From Vicinamibacteria bacterium (GTDB lineage Bacteria; Acidobacteriota; Vicinamibacteria; Fen-336): a stretch of DNA of 64,000 nucleotides. Positions 41,402 through 51,649 of this stretch are shown piece by piece. The notes beneath the pieces are model-generated. The model saw only the letters and a program-made list of their open reading frames with translations, made no database searches and was not told where the DNA came from. How positions within the stretch are numbered: position 1 is the stretch's first letter; each line of letters begins with the position of its first letter. The stretch is from NCBI GenBank assembly GCA_041493035.1, contig JBGPYB010000004.1, forward strand, positions 1,465 through 65,464. Direction: 5' to 3'. The translations under genes and the position numbers were made by a program.

Positions 41402-42121
41402 GTGGAAGAGCGACTTCAGAAGATTCTGTCGCGCGCCGGCGTGGCGTCGCGACGCTCAGCCGAGAAGATCATGCTCGAGGGGCGCGTTACCCTCAACGGC
41501 ACGCCGGCCAAGCAGCTCGGGACGAAGGCCGACCTCGACCACGACGACATTCGCGTCGATGGCGTCCGGATCAAGCCGCCCCAGAAGCCCGTCTACCTGC
41601 TCCTGAACAAGCCCAAGGGCGTCGTGAGCACGCGCCACGACCCGTCGGGCCGCCAGACCGTGATGGACCTGGTCCCCGCAGTCGCCGGCCTCTTCCCGGT
41701 GGGCCGCCTCGACGTGACCACCGAGGGCCTGCTGCTCCTCACCAACGACGGCGCCTTCGCGCAGCGCGTCGCACATCCACGCTACGAGGTGCCGCGCGTC
41801 TACCAGGCGAAGGTCCGTGGCGTTCCGACGGCCGAGACCCTCGCGCGGCTGCGCGCCGGCATTCGCGTCGACGGGGAACGCATGGCGGTGGATCGGGTGC
41901 GCGTCATCGAAGGGGAAGGGAATGCGTGGGTCGAGGTCACGCTCCACGAAGGCAAGCACCACGAGGTCAAGCGTCTCCTCGAGGCCGTGGGGCATCCCGT
42001 TTCGAAGCTCAAACGGGTCGGGTTGGGGATCCTGACGAGCCGGGGCCTGGAGCCCGGGGAGTTTCGCCACCTCACGCCGCGCGAGATCCGGACGCTTCGG
42101 GGCGAGGGCGTGCGGGGATGA
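41402..42121 (+). CDS. rluB: 23S rRNA pseudouridine synthase, RluB/RsuA family
   Basis: S4 domain (RLQKILSRAGVASRRSAEKIM) and catalytic GRLD motif (FPVGRLDVTTEGLLLLTNDG). GTG start. Confidence 0.8.
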   Translation: MEERLQKILSRAGVASRRSAEKIMLEGRVTLNGTPAKQLGTKADLDHDDIRVDGVRIKPPQKPVYLLLNKPKGVVSTRHDPSGRQTVMDLVPAVAGLFPVGRLDVTTEGLLLLTNDGAFAQRVAHPRYEVPRVYQAKVRGVPTAETLARLRAGIRVDGERMAVDRVRVIEGEGNAWVEVTLHEGKHHEVKRLLEAVGHPVSKLKRVGLGILTSRGLEPGEFRHLTPREIRTLRGEGVRG

Positions 42122-43221
42122 CCGCCTCGCGTGCGGAGGCGCTCTCACTTCCTCCACATCTCCGCGGACTCGACCGCTACGAGTCGGGCTTGCCCATCGA
42201 ACAGGTGCGGTCCCGATCGGGCATCGCCCGCGTCGTGAAGTTGGCGTCGAACGAGAACCCCCTGGGCCCGTCGCGTCTCGCTTTGAGCGCTGTGGCCGAG
42301 GCGCTCCCGACGCTCCATCGCTATCCGGACGGGCCCGCCACCGCGTTGCGGGGCGCGCTGGCCTCTCGGCTCGGCGTCGACCTGGCGCAGGTCGTGATCG
42401 GCAACGGCTCCACCGATCTGATCGACCTCCTGGCCCGCGCCTTCCTCGGGCCGGAGAACAACGCCGTTATCTCCGAGCAGGCCTTCGCCCGTTTCGGGCA
42501 GGTCGTCCAGGCGCGCAACGGCCGTCCGAAGCTCGTTCCCATGCGGGCGTCCACCCACGATCTGGAGGCCATGGCCGCCGCCGTCGACCCGGACACGCGG
42601 CTCCTCTACGTCGCGAACCCGAACAATCCCACGGGCACATGGAATCGCCGGCGCGAGATCGAGGCGCTCATCGACGCGCTCCCGCCCGCCGTTCTCCTGG
42701 TCATCGACGAGGCCTACTTCGAGTACGCCGACGATCCCGATTACCCCAACGGTATCGACTACGTGCGGCTTGGCGCGCCCGTCATCGTCCTCCGCACCTT
42801 CTCGAAGATCTACGGCCTCGCCGGTCTCCGCATCGGCTACGGAATCGCCGCTCCCCAGGTCATAGAGAGTCTCGACATGGTTCGCGAGCCCTTCAACTCG
42901 AACTCCCTCGCACAGGTCGCGGCCTTGGCGGCGCTCCAAGACAGAGAGCACGTGGAGCGGGCTCTCGCGCTCAACCGGAGCGAGAAGGCACGTCTCCTCG
43001 CCGAGCTTCGCCGGCGCGGCCTCGAGCCGCAGCCGAGCCTCGCGAATTTCCTGTGCGTGGATCTGCGGCGAGAGGCGGCGCCTGTCTTCCGGCGTCTCCT
43101 CGACCGCGGTGTCATCGTGCGCCCGCTTCGTGCCTACCACCTCCCCGACGCGCTCCGGGTCTCCGTCGGCACGGGCGAAGAGAACGACATCTTTCTCACG
43201 GCCCTCGACGCGGCGCTCTGA
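42118..43221 (+). CDS. hisC: Histidinol-phosphate aminotransferase
   Basis: LASNENPLGPS N-terminal motif, PLP lysine in TFSKIYGLAGLRIGY. ATG overlaps the rluB stop (ATGA). Confidence 0.85.
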   Translation: MTASRAEALSLPPHLRGLDRYESGLPIEQVRSRSGIARVVKLASNENPLGPSRLALSAVAEALPTLHRYPDGPATALRGALASRLGVDLAQVVIGNGSTDLIDLLARAFLGPENNAVISEQAFARFGQVVQARNGRPKLVPMRASTHDLEAMAAAVDPDTRLLYVANPNNPTGTWNRRREIEALIDALPPAVLLVIDEAYFEYADDPDYPNGIDYVRLGAPVIVLRTFSKIYGLAGLRIGYGIAAPQVIESLDMVREPFNSNSLAQVAALAALQDREHVERALALNRSEKARLLAELRRRGLEPQPSLANFLCVDLRREAAPVFRRLLDRGVIVRPLRAYHLPDALRVSVGTGEENDIFLTALDAAL

Positions 43222-43239
43222 GCAGGAACGTTCACCCGG

Positions 43240-43911
43240 TTGGCTCGCTCTCTCGTCATCGCGATCGATGGACCCTCGGGAGCGGGGAAGTCGACGGCGG
43301 GGCGCGCCCTCGCGTCTCGCCTCGGCTACGTGTTTGTCGACACCGGCGCCATGTACCGCGCGCTGGCGCTCAAGGCCCTTCGCGCCGGCATCCCGTTGGA
43401 GGATGGCGAGGCACTGGGGCGCCTCGCCCACGCCTCGAAGATCGAGCTGACCGCCGGCGGGCGCGGCGTCTCCCTGGATGGCGAGGACGCGACCACGGGA
43501 ATTCGTACCCGCGAGGTCAGCGCCGCGGCCTCGCGCGTCTCGGTCCATCCCGCGGTGCGGCGTGAGATGGTGGTGCGCCAGCGCGAGATGGGGGGACGCG
43601 GCGGCGTCGTTCTGGACGGCCGCGACATAGGGACAGCCGTCTTCCCGGCCGCTGACGTGAAGTTCTACGTCGACGCCGATCCCGTCCGTCGCGCGCGGCG
43701 CCGGGCCGACGAGCTGTCGGCCGCCGCCTCGCCCTTCGACCTGGCCGCCATCGAGCGCGACATCCGCGACCGGGACCACGCCGACATGACCCGGCCCGAT
43801 TCCCCGTTGACCCGGGCGCCTGATGCGATCCTTCTCGACACGACCGACCTCACGCCCGAACAGGTCCTCGATCGGATGTGGGAGGTCGTCTCGGCGAAAC
43901 GGCGGGAGTAG
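43240..43911 (+). CDS. cmk: Cytidylate kinase
   Basis: P-loop IAIDGPSGAGKST, DTGAMYRA motif. Apparent TTG start. Confidence 0.85.
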   Translation: MARSLVIAIDGPSGAGKSTAGRALASRLGYVFVDTGAMYRALALKALRAGIPLEDGEALGRLAHASKIELTAGGRGVSLDGEDATTGIRTREVSAAASRVSVHPAVRREMVVRQREMGGRGGVVLDGRDIGTAVFPAADVKFYVDADPVRRARRRADELSAAASPFDLAAIERDIRDRDHADMTRPDSPLTRAPDAILLDTTDLTPEQVLDRMWEVVSAKRRE

Positions 43912-43920
43912 TGCCCCCGG

Positions 43921-45522
43921 CTACAGTCGCAGTTTGGCGAACTCGTCGAAGTTCGTGATTCCCTGGGTGACGAGACTCAGGCATCGCTCGCGGAGGGTCT
44001 TCATCCCCGCGCCGACGGCGAGGGACTCGATCTCCGCGTGGGGAAGGCCGTTCTGGACGGCGGAACGCACCTCGGGCGCGCCGCTCATCACCTCGAAGAT
44101 CGCCCGCCGGCCGCGATAGCCCACCTTGTTGCAGCTCGGGCATCCCTTCCCGCGGAAGAACTTGAGCTTGGCGGCCTCCTCGGCGCCGATCCCATGGTGG
44201 GCCAGTGTCTGGGGGGCCGGAGGCTCCGACGGCTCGCGACAGATCGTGCAGATCTGCCGCACCAGGCGCTGGCACGTCGCCGCGGCGAGCGACCCGGCCA
44301 GGAGCTGAGGCGGCACTCCCATCTCCAGGAGCGAGGTCACGCCCTGGCCAGCGGTCTGCCCCGTCACGACGGCGACCACCAGGACGCTCGACGCGAGCTG
44401 AGTCGCAAGGAGCCCCGTGGCCTTGTCGGGGATCGACGAGAGCACGATGACCTCAGGGCGCACCGCCACCACCGAGCGGAGCGTCTCCTCCATCTTCAGC
44501 CCCTTGGTGTCGGCCTCGACCTCGACCTGGCGGACGCCCTCGAGGGGCCAGTGGACCGGAGACTCGAGAGAGACCACATCCCGCTGCGCCTGCACCAGGA
44601 AGTTCATGATCGAGTAGAGCGTCGTCCCGGCCCCGCTGAAGACCGGCGCCGTCACCAGGATGAAGCCGAAGGACGCCCGCAGCTCTTCGAGGAGGCGCAC
44701 GCGGTCGTCGATCTCGAGGCCCAGCGACGTAAAGTCCTTGATGAAGGTGGCGCGGTTGATGAGCTTGATCGTCGCGCTCGTTCCGTGAGAGGTCGGCAGG
44801 GTCTGGGCCACGAGATCGAAGTCGGCGTCGGCCAGGCGACCGCTCGTACGCGAGGTCTGAGGGCGGTTCTCCTTGGACGTGTCGAGGCGGAAGGCCTCGA
44901 AGAGCTTCTGCGTCAGCGATGGCTGGAAGCGCTTGGGGATGGGATCCACGCGGAAGAAGAAGCCGTCGATCCTGTACTTGACCGAGACGGCGTCCTCCGT
45001 CGGCTCGATGTGGACGTCGGAAGCTCCCTTGCGGGCGGCCAGCGAGAGGATGTATTGGATGATCGCGTCGGGTCCGCTCTGCTCCCAGACGGGGCTGGCG
45101 GCATACTCCATCCCGACTGTGTCGGTCAAGGGATTCACACCCTGGCTCTTGAGGGCCGCCTGGATGTCCTCAGGGCGCACCATCTTGCGGTCCACGAGGA
45201 TCTCGCCGATGCGCTTGCCGGTGGCTTTCTGCTCGACGAGCACCTCGAGGAGCTGAGGAGTCGTGATTTTCTTCATCCGGATGAGGATGTCGCCGAGGCG
45301 GTCCTTGCTCCGGCTCAACGTCTGGATCTCGTCCAGCAGCCGAGGAGGCGCGTGCTTCCAGAACTCCTGCTTGTATTTCTCGCTGGCGTCGCAGAAGCAC
45401 CGGAAGCAGAATGGACACAGCTTCGTCGGGTTCTTGGGGTCGTCCGAACACCAGACGGCGTTCAGGGCATCGAACTCACCCAGGCAGTTCCAGCACGTCG
45501 CGAGATAGTTCTCAGCGGCCAC
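43921..45522 (-). CDS. GspE/PilB-family secretion ATPase homolog with degenerate catalytic motifs, MshEN-type N-domain and extra N-terminal Cys-rich finger
   Basis: Collinear with GspE. Walker A reads LVTAPVFSGAGTTLY (Lys to Ala), Walker B EVIVLSSIPD (Glu to Ser), His box absent. C-terminal CxxC...CxxC retained. Two RLGxxL...Q 24-mer MshEN motifs. Confidence 0.75.
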   Translation of the reverse strand: MAAENYLATCWNCLGEFDALNAVWCSDDPKNPTKLCPFCFRCFCDASEKYKQEFWKHAPPRLLDEIQTLSRSKDRLGDILIRMKKITTPQLLEVLVEQKATGKRIGEILVDRKMVRPEDIQAALKSQGVNPLTDTVGMEYAASPVWEQSGPDAIIQYILSLAARKGASDVHIEPTEDAVSVKYRIDGFFFRVDPIPKRFQPSLTQKLFEAFRLDTSKENRPQTSRTSGRLADADFDLVAQTLPTSHGTSATIKLINRATFIKDFTSLGLEIDDRVRLLEELRASFGFILVTAPVFSGAGTTLYSIMNFLVQAQRDVVSLESPVHWPLEGVRQVEVEADTKGLKMEETLRSVVAVRPEVIVLSSIPDKATGLLATQLASSVLVVAVVTGQTAGQGVTSLLEMGVPPQLLAGSLAAATCQRLVRQICTICREPSEPPAPQTLAHHGIGAEEAAKLKFFRGKGCPSCNKVGYRGRRAIFEVMSGAPEVRSAVQNGLPHAEIESLAVGAGMKTLRERCLSLVTQGITNFDEFAKLRL

Positions 45523-45639
45523 GGCTCACGAGGCTCCTGCTGGCGACAATCAACCACAATTATACCTCATAACTCCTTTTGGATCAAAGCACTGCAAACG
45601 TTGACCCTCAGTCGAGCCGTGTGGTAGTTTGGCCTTGCC

Positions 45640-46731
45640 TTGAAGAAAACACCGCTCAACGAGGCCCATCGGGCGTCGGGCGCCAAGATGGTCCCCTTCG
45701 GCGGTTGGGATATGCCCGTCGAGTACTCGGGGCTCATCGCCGAGCACAACGCGGTCCGGAAGGCGGCTGGCCTCTTCGACGTATCTCACATGGGGGAGTT
45801 CGAGATCGAAGGCCCGGGCGCCGTCGCCTTTCTGCAGCGCGTGGCGAGCAACAACGTGGCCAAGCTCGCTGACGGCCAGGCCCAGTACTCGGCGCTGCCC
45901 ATGCCGAGCGGCGCGCCGGTCGATGACGTCATCCTGTACCGGCGTGCTGCCGACCGATACCTGATGGTGGTCAACGCGGGGAATCTCGAGAAAGACTTTC
46001 TCTGGCTCCAGGCCCAGCGCCCGGAAGCGTGCACCCTCCGTGATCGCAGCGATGACTACGCTCTCCTCGCGCTCCAGGGGCCGCGCGCACAGGAAATCCT
46101 GGGAGGGCTCACGACCCTTGACCTTCCCGGCATCGCCTTTTACCACTTTGCCGAAGGGGAGGTGGCCTCGCACCCCGCGACCGTGGCGCGTACGGGCTAC
46201 ACGGGGGAGGATGGCTTCGAGTTGTTCGTCGCCCCCGACAGGGCCGTCGCGCTCTGGCACGCTCTCCTCGAGGCGGGGCGCGAGCGGGGTCTCATCCCTG
46301 CCGGCCTCGGAGCCCGTGACACGCTCCGGCTCGAAGCTCGGATGTGCCTCTACGGCAACGACATGGACGAGACGACCTCGCTGGTCGAGGCCGGCCTCGG
46401 CTGGATCGTGTCGCTGGACGAAGGGAAGGGAGACTTTCCCGGCCGCGCCATTCTGGAGTCGCAGAAGAAGAACGGTGTCTCGCGGAAGCTCGTAGGGTTC
46501 GAGATGGTCGGTCGTGGGATCGCCCGCCACGGTTATCCGGTCTTCGTGGGCGAAGACTCGGCCGGCAAGGTCTGCTCCGGCACCTACGCTCCCTTCCTCC
46601 AGAAGAGCATCGGCCTCTGCTATCTGCCGACGCCCCGCGCGGGCGTCGGCACGGCCTTCGACGTCGAGGTACGGGGTCGCCGAGTGGCGGCCCGGGTCGT
46701 CCCCACGCCTTTCTACAAGCGGCCGCGCTAG
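45640..46731 (+). CDS. gcvT: Glycine cleavage system T protein (aminomethyltransferase)
   Basis: [30 protein letters not shown]-terminus, full length. Apparent TTG start. Confidence 0.9.
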   Translation: MKKTPLNEAHRASGAKMVPFGGWDMPVEYSGLIAEHNAVRKAAGLFDVSHMGEFEIEGPGAVAFLQRVASNNVAKLADGQAQYSALPMPSGAPVDDVILYRRAADRYLMVVNAGNLEKDFLWLQAQRPEACTLRDRSDDYALLALQGPRAQEILGGLTTLDLPGIAFYHFAEGEVASHPATVARTGYTGEDGFELFVAPDRAVALWHALLEAGRERGLIPAGLGARDTLRLEARMCLYGNDMDETTSLVEAGLGWIVSLDEGKGDFPGRAILESQKKNGVSRKLVGFEMVGRGIARHGYPVFVGEDSAGKVCSGTYAPFLQKSIGLCYLPTPRAGVGTAFDVEVRGRRVAARVVPTPFYKRPR

Positions 46732-46749
46732 AGCCGCGCGAGGAGCGCC

Positions 46750-47136
46750 ATGGTTCCCGACAACCTTCGCTACACCAAGGACCACGAATGGATCCGCGTC
46801 GAGGGAGACCGCGGCACCATCGGCATCACCGACTACGCCCAGAACCAGCTCGGGGACGTGGTCTTCATCGAGTTGCCGGCCGTGGGGCGCGCCGTGTCCG
46901 CCGGCGAAACCTTCGGCACGGTGGAGTCGGTCAAGGCGGTCTCGGAGCTCCTCTCTCCCGTGAACGGCGAGGTGTTGGAGATAAACGGCGCCCTCGTGTC
47001 GGCTCCCGAAGCCGTGAACACCGACCCCTACGGCAAGGGATGGATGCTGGTCGTGAAGATTGAGGACGCCGCCCAGGTCGCGGGCCTCATGGACGCCGCC
47101 GCCTATCAGGCCCTGGTCGAGAGCGAGGGGAAGTGA
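46750..47136 (+). CDS. gcvH: Glycine cleavage system H protein
   Basis: Lipoyl-lysine motif ESVKAVSEL, 128 aa. Confidence 0.9.
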   Translation: MVPDNLRYTKDHEWIRVEGDRGTIGITDYAQNQLGDVVFIELPAVGRAVSAGETFGTVESVKAVSELLSPVNGEVLEINGALVSAPEAVNTDPYGKGWMLVVKIEDAAQVAGLMDAAAYQALVESEGK

Positions 47137-50030
47137 ACGAGCCGTCCCCCGTGTCGCGCGGGTCCGAAACGGGCAACCTCCTGGCGCCCTGCGACACGTT
47201 CCTGGGGAGGCACATCGGTCCCTCGGACGCCGAGATTGCGGAGATGCTGGCGAGCCTGGGCGCGGCGTCCCTCGACGGTCTCATGGCGGAAACCGTGCCC
47301 GGCAGCATCCGTCGCGGGCCCATGAGGCTTCCCGAGCCACGCGGCGAACACGAACTCCTCGACGAGCTTCGAGCCATGGCTCAGCGGAACGAGGTCTTCC
47401 GGTCGCTCATCGGGATGGGCTACCACGGCTGCATCCTCCCCGCCGTCATCCAGCGCAACATCCTGGAAAACCCCGCGTGGTACACCGCCTACACGCCGTA
47501 CCAGGCCGAGATCGCCCAGGGGCGCTTGGAAGCCCTCCTGAACTACCAGACGATGATCGCCGATCTCACGGCGCTTCCGCTGGCCAATGCGTCTCTTCTC
47601 GACGAAGCGACGGCGGCCGCAGAGGCCATGCACATGTGCCACGCCCTGGCGGGCGCGGGCAGAAAGGTCTTCTTCGTCGCGGCCGACTGCCATCCGCAGA
47701 CGTTGGCCGTCGTGCGCACCCGCGCCGCACCTCTCGGGATCGAAGTCCGCGTCGGCGATCCGGCGACGGTCGACCTGGTCGCTCAGAACGCCTTCGGCGT
47801 TCTCGTCCAGTACCCGACGACCGACGGTCGCGTGACCGACTACGCCGGTTTGGCTGGCCGCGTTCACGAGGCGGGCGCTGTCTTCGTCGTGGCGGCGGAC
47901 CTTCTGGCACTCACGCTGTTGCGCCCGCCCGGGGAGTTCGGCGCGGACGTGGCCGTGGGCTCGTCACAGCGCTTCGGCGTACCGATGGGCTTCGGCGGCC
48001 CTCACGCTGCGTTCCTGGCCACCAAGGACGAGTTCAAGCGGCAGATGCCGGGGCGAATCATCGGTGCCTCGAAGGATGCCGAGGGACGTCTCGCCTACCG
48101 CATGGCCCTTCAGACCCGCGAGCAGCACATCCGCCGCGAGAAGGCCACGAGCAACATCTGCACGGCGCAGGTTCTTCTGTCGGTCATGGCCAGCATGTAC
48201 GCCGTCTATCACGGCCCCGAGGGGCTGCGGCGCATCGCGCACCGGATCCACGCCCTGACTGCGCTGCTGGCCGCGGGCTTGAAGCGCCTTGGTTACGACG
48301 TGGGCTCGGCGCCTTTCTTCGACACGCTCCGGGTGCGCCTTGCCCCGAGCCAAGGAGCCAAGGTGCGCTCCGAGGCTCGCGCCCGCCGCATCAACCTTCG
48401 CGCCTACGATGACGGCTCGGTCGGTATCGCGCTCGACGAGACGACGCTCTCTCGGCATCTCGGTCGCCTCTTCGAGGTCTTCGCCGACGGCCATCCTGTT
48501 TCGTTCTCGGTCGACGACCTGATCCGTGAGGCCAACTTCGACTTCGCGCCACCCCTCGCCCGCACGAGCCCCTTCCTAACCCACGAGGTCTTCGCACGCC
48601 ACCACCCGGAGCACGAGATGCTCCGTTACATGCAGCGTCTCCAGGAGCGGGACCTCACCCTCGCGACGTCGATGATCCCGTTGGGCTCGTGCACGATGAA
48701 GCTCAACGGCAGCTCGGAGATGATCCCGGTCACCTGGCCCGAGTTCGCGCGGCTCCATCCCTTCGCGCCGGTCGAACAGACCCAGGGGTACGCGGAGCTC
48801 TTCCGGCAACTCGAAGCGTGGCTCGCCGAGATCACGGGCTTTGCCGCGGTATCGCTCCAGCCCAACGCCGGCTCGCAAGGTGAGTACGCGGGGCTCTTGA
48901 CGATCCGGGCCTATCACGAGAGCCGCGGCGAGGGGGATCGCACAGTCTGCCTGATTCCCGTCTCGGCGCACGGAACGAACCCGGCGAGCGCGGTGATGGC
49001 GGGGTTCAAGGTCGTCGCCGTCGCGTGCGACGAGCGCGGCAACATCGACGTGGCCGACCTGCGGGCGAAGGCCCTTGCCCACAAGGCCGATCTGGGTGCG
49101 TTCATGGTCACGTACCCGTCGACCCACGGCGTCTTCGAGGAAGCGATCCGGGAGATCTGCGCCATCGTCCACGAGAACGGCGGCCAGGTGTACATGGACG
49201 GCGCGAACATGAACGCCCAGGTCGGCATCACCAGCCCCGGCACCATCGGCGCCGACGTATGCCACCTGAACCTCCACAAGACGTTCTGCATCCCCCACGG
49301 CGGCGGAGGCCCGGGGATGGGACCGATCGGCGTGGCGTCGCACCTGGCGCCGTTCCTGCCGGGGCATCCCGTCACGGGGATGGGTGGGCCGCGCTCGTTC
49401 GGCACCGTCTCCGCTGCGCCCTACGGGAGCCCGAGCATCCTCACGATCTCGTGGGTCTACATCGCTCTCATGGGGAGCGCCGGGCTCAAGAAGGCCACCG
49501 AGGTCGCGATACTCAACGCGAACTACATGGCGAAGCGTCTCGAGGGACATTACCCGGTGCTCTACAGGGGCTCCCGCGGCCGCGTCGCCCACGAGTTCAT
49601 CCTGGACGCGCGTCCGTTCAAGGCCGCGGGCATCGAGGTGGACGACATCGCGAAGCGCCTCATGGACTACGGCTTCCACGCGCCCACGATGTCGTTTCCG
49701 GTGGCGGGGACGCTGATGATCGAGCCGACCGAGAGCGAGTCGAAAGCCGAGCTGGACCGTTTCTGCGACGCCATGATCGCCATCCGCGGGGAGATCCGCG
49801 CCGTCGAGAACGGCACGATCGACCGCCAGAACAACCCGCTGAAGCGCGCTCCCCACACGATGCACGCCGTGACCGCGAGCGATTGGGACCGGCCGTACAG
49901 CCGCGAGCAGGCCGCCTTCCCGGCGCCCTGGGTGCGGGCCCACAAGTTCTGGCCCTGGGTCGCCCGCATCGACAACACCTACGGCGACCGTAACCTCGTC
50001 TGCACCTGCCCCCCGGTCGAGAGTTACTAG
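47133..50030 (+). CDS. gcvP: Glycine dehydrogenase (decarboxylating), single-chain GcvP
   Basis: 965 aa, both P-protein halves present, PLP Lys region ([22 protein letters not shown]). Confidence 0.92.
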   Translation: MNEPSPVSRGSETGNLLAPCDTFLGRHIGPSDAEIAEMLASLGAASLDGLMAETVPGSIRRGPMRLPEPRGEHELLDELRAMAQRNEVFRSLIGMGYHGCILPAVIQRNILENPAWYTAYTPYQAEIAQGRLEALLNYQTMIADLTALPLANASLLDEATAAAEAMHMCHALAGAGRKVFFVAADCHPQTLAVVRTRAAPLGIEVRVGDPATVDLVAQNAFGVLVQYPTTDGRVTDYAGLAGRVHEAGAVFVVAADLLALTLLRPPGEFGADVAVGSSQRFGVPMGFGGPHAAFLATKDEFKRQMPGRIIGASKDAEGRLAYRMALQTREQHIRREKATSNICTAQVLLSVMASMYAVYHGPEGLRRIAHRIHALTALLAAGLKRLGYDVGSAPFFDTLRVRLAPSQGAKVRSEARARRINLRAYDDGSVGIALDETTLSRHLGRLFEVFADGHPVSFSVDDLIREANFDFAPPLARTSPFLTHEVFARHHPEHEMLRYMQRLQERDLTLATSMIPLGSCTMKLNGSSEMIPVTWPEFARLHPFAPVEQTQGYAELFRQLEAWLAEITGFAAVSLQPNAGSQGEYAGLLTIRAYHESRGEGDRTVCLIPVSAHGTNPASAVMAGFKVVAVACDERGNIDVADLRAKALAHKADLGAFMVTYPSTHGVFEEAIREICAIVHENGGQVYMDGANMNAQVGITSPGTIGADVCHLNLHKTFCIPHGGGGPGMGPIGVASHLAPFLPGHPVTGMGGPRSFGTVSAAPYGSPSILTISWVYIALMGSAGLKKATEVAILNANYMAKRLEGHYPVLYRGSRGRVAHEFILDARPFKAAGIEVDDIAKRLMDYGFHAPTMSFPVAGTLMIEPTESESKAELDRFCDAMIAIRGEIRAVENGTIDRQNNPLKRAPHTMHAVTASDWDRPYSREQAAFPAPWVRAHKFWPWVARIDNTYGDRNLVCTCPPVESY

Positions 50031-50041
50031 CGGAGGTGGCC

Positions 50042-50263
50042 ATGAAGTTCGCCGTTCTGGATACGGTGGTTTTGAATCGTGACCTCCCGGAGCATGGCCT
50101 CCGTGCCGGGGATCTCGGAGCCGTTGTCGAGATCCTCCGGGCGGACGGAGTTGAGGTGGAGTTCGTCCAACCTTCGGGCCAGACCAAAGGGCTGGTCACC
50201 CTCCGGTCGCTGGACCTGAGTTCCGTCTCCGAAAGCGACATCCTCGCCGTTCGCCGCGGGTAG
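50042..50263 (+). CDS. DUF4926 domain protein
   Basis: MKFAVLDTVVLNRDLPEHGLRAGDLGAVVEI...EVEFV matches the DUF4926 signature. GGAGG SD 5 nt upstream of ATG at 50042. Confidence 0.7.
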   Translation: MKFAVLDTVVLNRDLPEHGLRAGDLGAVVEILRADGVEVEFVQPSGQTKGLVTLRSLDLSSVSESDILAVRRG

Positions 50264-50364
50264 ATCGGTATGCCGAGCGGCACGACGCGGTCAAGTCGCC
50301 TCCACCATCGCCACCACCACCCCTGGCAAAGGAGCAGCTGGAGGCACTCCGCTATACTGGCTCT

Positions 50365-50604
50365 GTGAAGGCCATTCGCGCGAAGCTTTTTCAGAACGGC
50401 GGCAGTCAGGCGGTACGCCTCCCCAAGGAGTGCCGTTTCGTGGCTCAGCGGGAGGTCTTGGTGCGACGTGAAGGGCGTCGCGTGATCCTCGAGCCAGTAG
50501 ATCAATGGTCAGCGGAGTTCCGAGCCTGTCTGGGCTCGTGGTCGGGCGACATCCCGCGGCCGAAGCAGCGGAAGATCAGCGACCCGCGAAATCCGTCCGC
50601 GTGA
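50365..50604 (+). CDS. vapB: AbrB/SpoVT-domain antitoxin (VapB-like), orphan
   Basis: KLFQNGGSQAVRLPKECRF swapped-hairpin motif. GTG start. No PIN-domain ORF downstream. Confidence 0.65.
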   Translation: MKAIRAKLFQNGGSQAVRLPKECRFVAQREVLVRREGRRVILEPVDQWSAEFRACLGSWSGDIPRPKQRKISDPRNPSA

Positions 50605-50822
50605 TTGCGGCGCCGTGCGCCCGACGCCGACACCGCCGTGACCGCCTGAGGCACGCCGCTCCCCCCGCGCATAGGCGGGCTTTCAGCCTGGCGATTCATT
50701 CCCCAGGCTGGGCGAGGGCGTAGTGTCTCGCGAAGATGGAACAACGCCGAATTCAAGGCGTACGTAGTCGGAGTGGACGCGGCGCGCGCTTCGGGCGCAG
50801 AATCGGTGCTTAGACGCACACA

Positions 50823-51059
50823 ATGCCTCTCACCTCGGGCAGCCGTCTCGGCCCTTACGAGGTCGTGTCCCCGCTCGGCGCGGGGGGCATGGGCGAGGTT
50901 TACCGCGCCCGCGACAGTCGGCTGGGCCGGGACGTAGCGGTCAAGGTCCTGCCCGCGGGCCTTCTCGCCGACGAGAGCGCCCGGAGCCGGTTTCGCAAGG
51001 AAGCAAAGGCGCTCTCGCGCCTGAGCTCGCGGTGTACCTCGACGATGGTTCTGGAATAG
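50823..51059 (+). pseudogene. Ser/Thr protein kinase N-lobe fragment (about 67 aa of kinase sequence, then out-of-family tail)
   Basis: [23 protein letters not shown] (Gly loop), VAVKVL (beta3 Lys), then truncated. No catalytic loop or DFG. Confidence 0.55.
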
Positions 51060-51064
51060 GTCGG

Positions 51065-51205
51065 ATGATCGTTATCGGCACGTCGCTCCGTGAGCGGGTG
51101 CTCTATGTGGTTCACGTCGAGCGCGGTGAGCGAGATCGCATCATCAGCGCACGGTCAGCTACGGCAGCCGAGCGAGCGGTATACGAAACTGGAGGTCAGA
51201 CATGA
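51065..51205 (+). pseudogene. BrnT-like (DUF497) ribonuclease toxin, C-terminal half only
   Basis: MIVIGTSLRERVLYVVHVERGERDRIISARSATAAERAVYE matches the DUF497 C-terminus (…RILVVVYTERGDRIRIISARKATKKERKQYE). N-terminal half absent in all frames. Stop overlaps the downstream ATG (ATGA). Confidence 0.55.
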
Positions 51206-51600
51206 GCATGTCGGCAAAGCGACATCTTCCACCTGAGACGGGGCCCGTACGCGTGCTCGGGCGCGGCCTTCGAGCGCAGCGCGGCGTGCGCCTTACGATG
51301 CGAGTGGTACGCGAAGCGGCGGGAAGGACGCAGGTTGACGTTGCTGCCGAGTCGCAGATGGACCAAGCAGATGTGTCTCGACTCGAGAGCCGAGCGGCGT
51401 TCGACGACTGCCAGGTATCTACCCTTCAGCGGTACGTGACGGCGCTGGGGGGGAACCTTGAGCTGGTTGCGGCTTTCGGCAACAAGAAGATCGTGCTATG
51501 CGGTGTGGAATCTGGAGTTCCCGAGACGACGCCGGCTAGGAACCAGATGCGGCGGACGAGGCCCGCGCGAGCGACGAAGCCTCGCCGCCGATCCGGGTGA
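51202..51600 (+). CDS. XRE-family HTH protein, probable antitoxin partner of the BrnT-like remnant
   Basis: HTH segment AAGRTQVDVAAESQMDQADVSRLE. GGAGG SD 6 nt upstream. Toxin-antitoxin overlap geometry. Confidence 0.55.
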   Translation: MSMSAKRHLPPETGPVRVLGRGLRAQRGVRLTMRVVREAAGRTQVDVAAESQMDQADVSRLESRAAFDDCQVSTLQRYVTALGGNLELVAAFGNKKIVLCGVESGVPETTPARNQMRRTRPARATKPRRRSG

Positions 51601-51649
51601 TAGCCTGCTTCTCTCGCCCTTGGCGCCCGGTCGATGCACTGAAACCTCG

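Noticed and set aside
45523-45639. Possible glycine riboswitch upstream of gcvT
   Set aside because: No GGAGAG / CUCUGGAGAG / ACCGAAGGGGCAA-type conserved elements are present. The region looks like a plain divergent promoter (TTGACC-N18-TAGTTT) shared with the GspE-like gene.
50605-50822. Searched for a vapC (PIN) toxin or a tRNA in the gap after vapB
   Set aside because: All three forward frames hit stops within a few codons and show no PIN motifs. No tRNA-like T-loop (GTTCGANTC) or acceptor pairing found.
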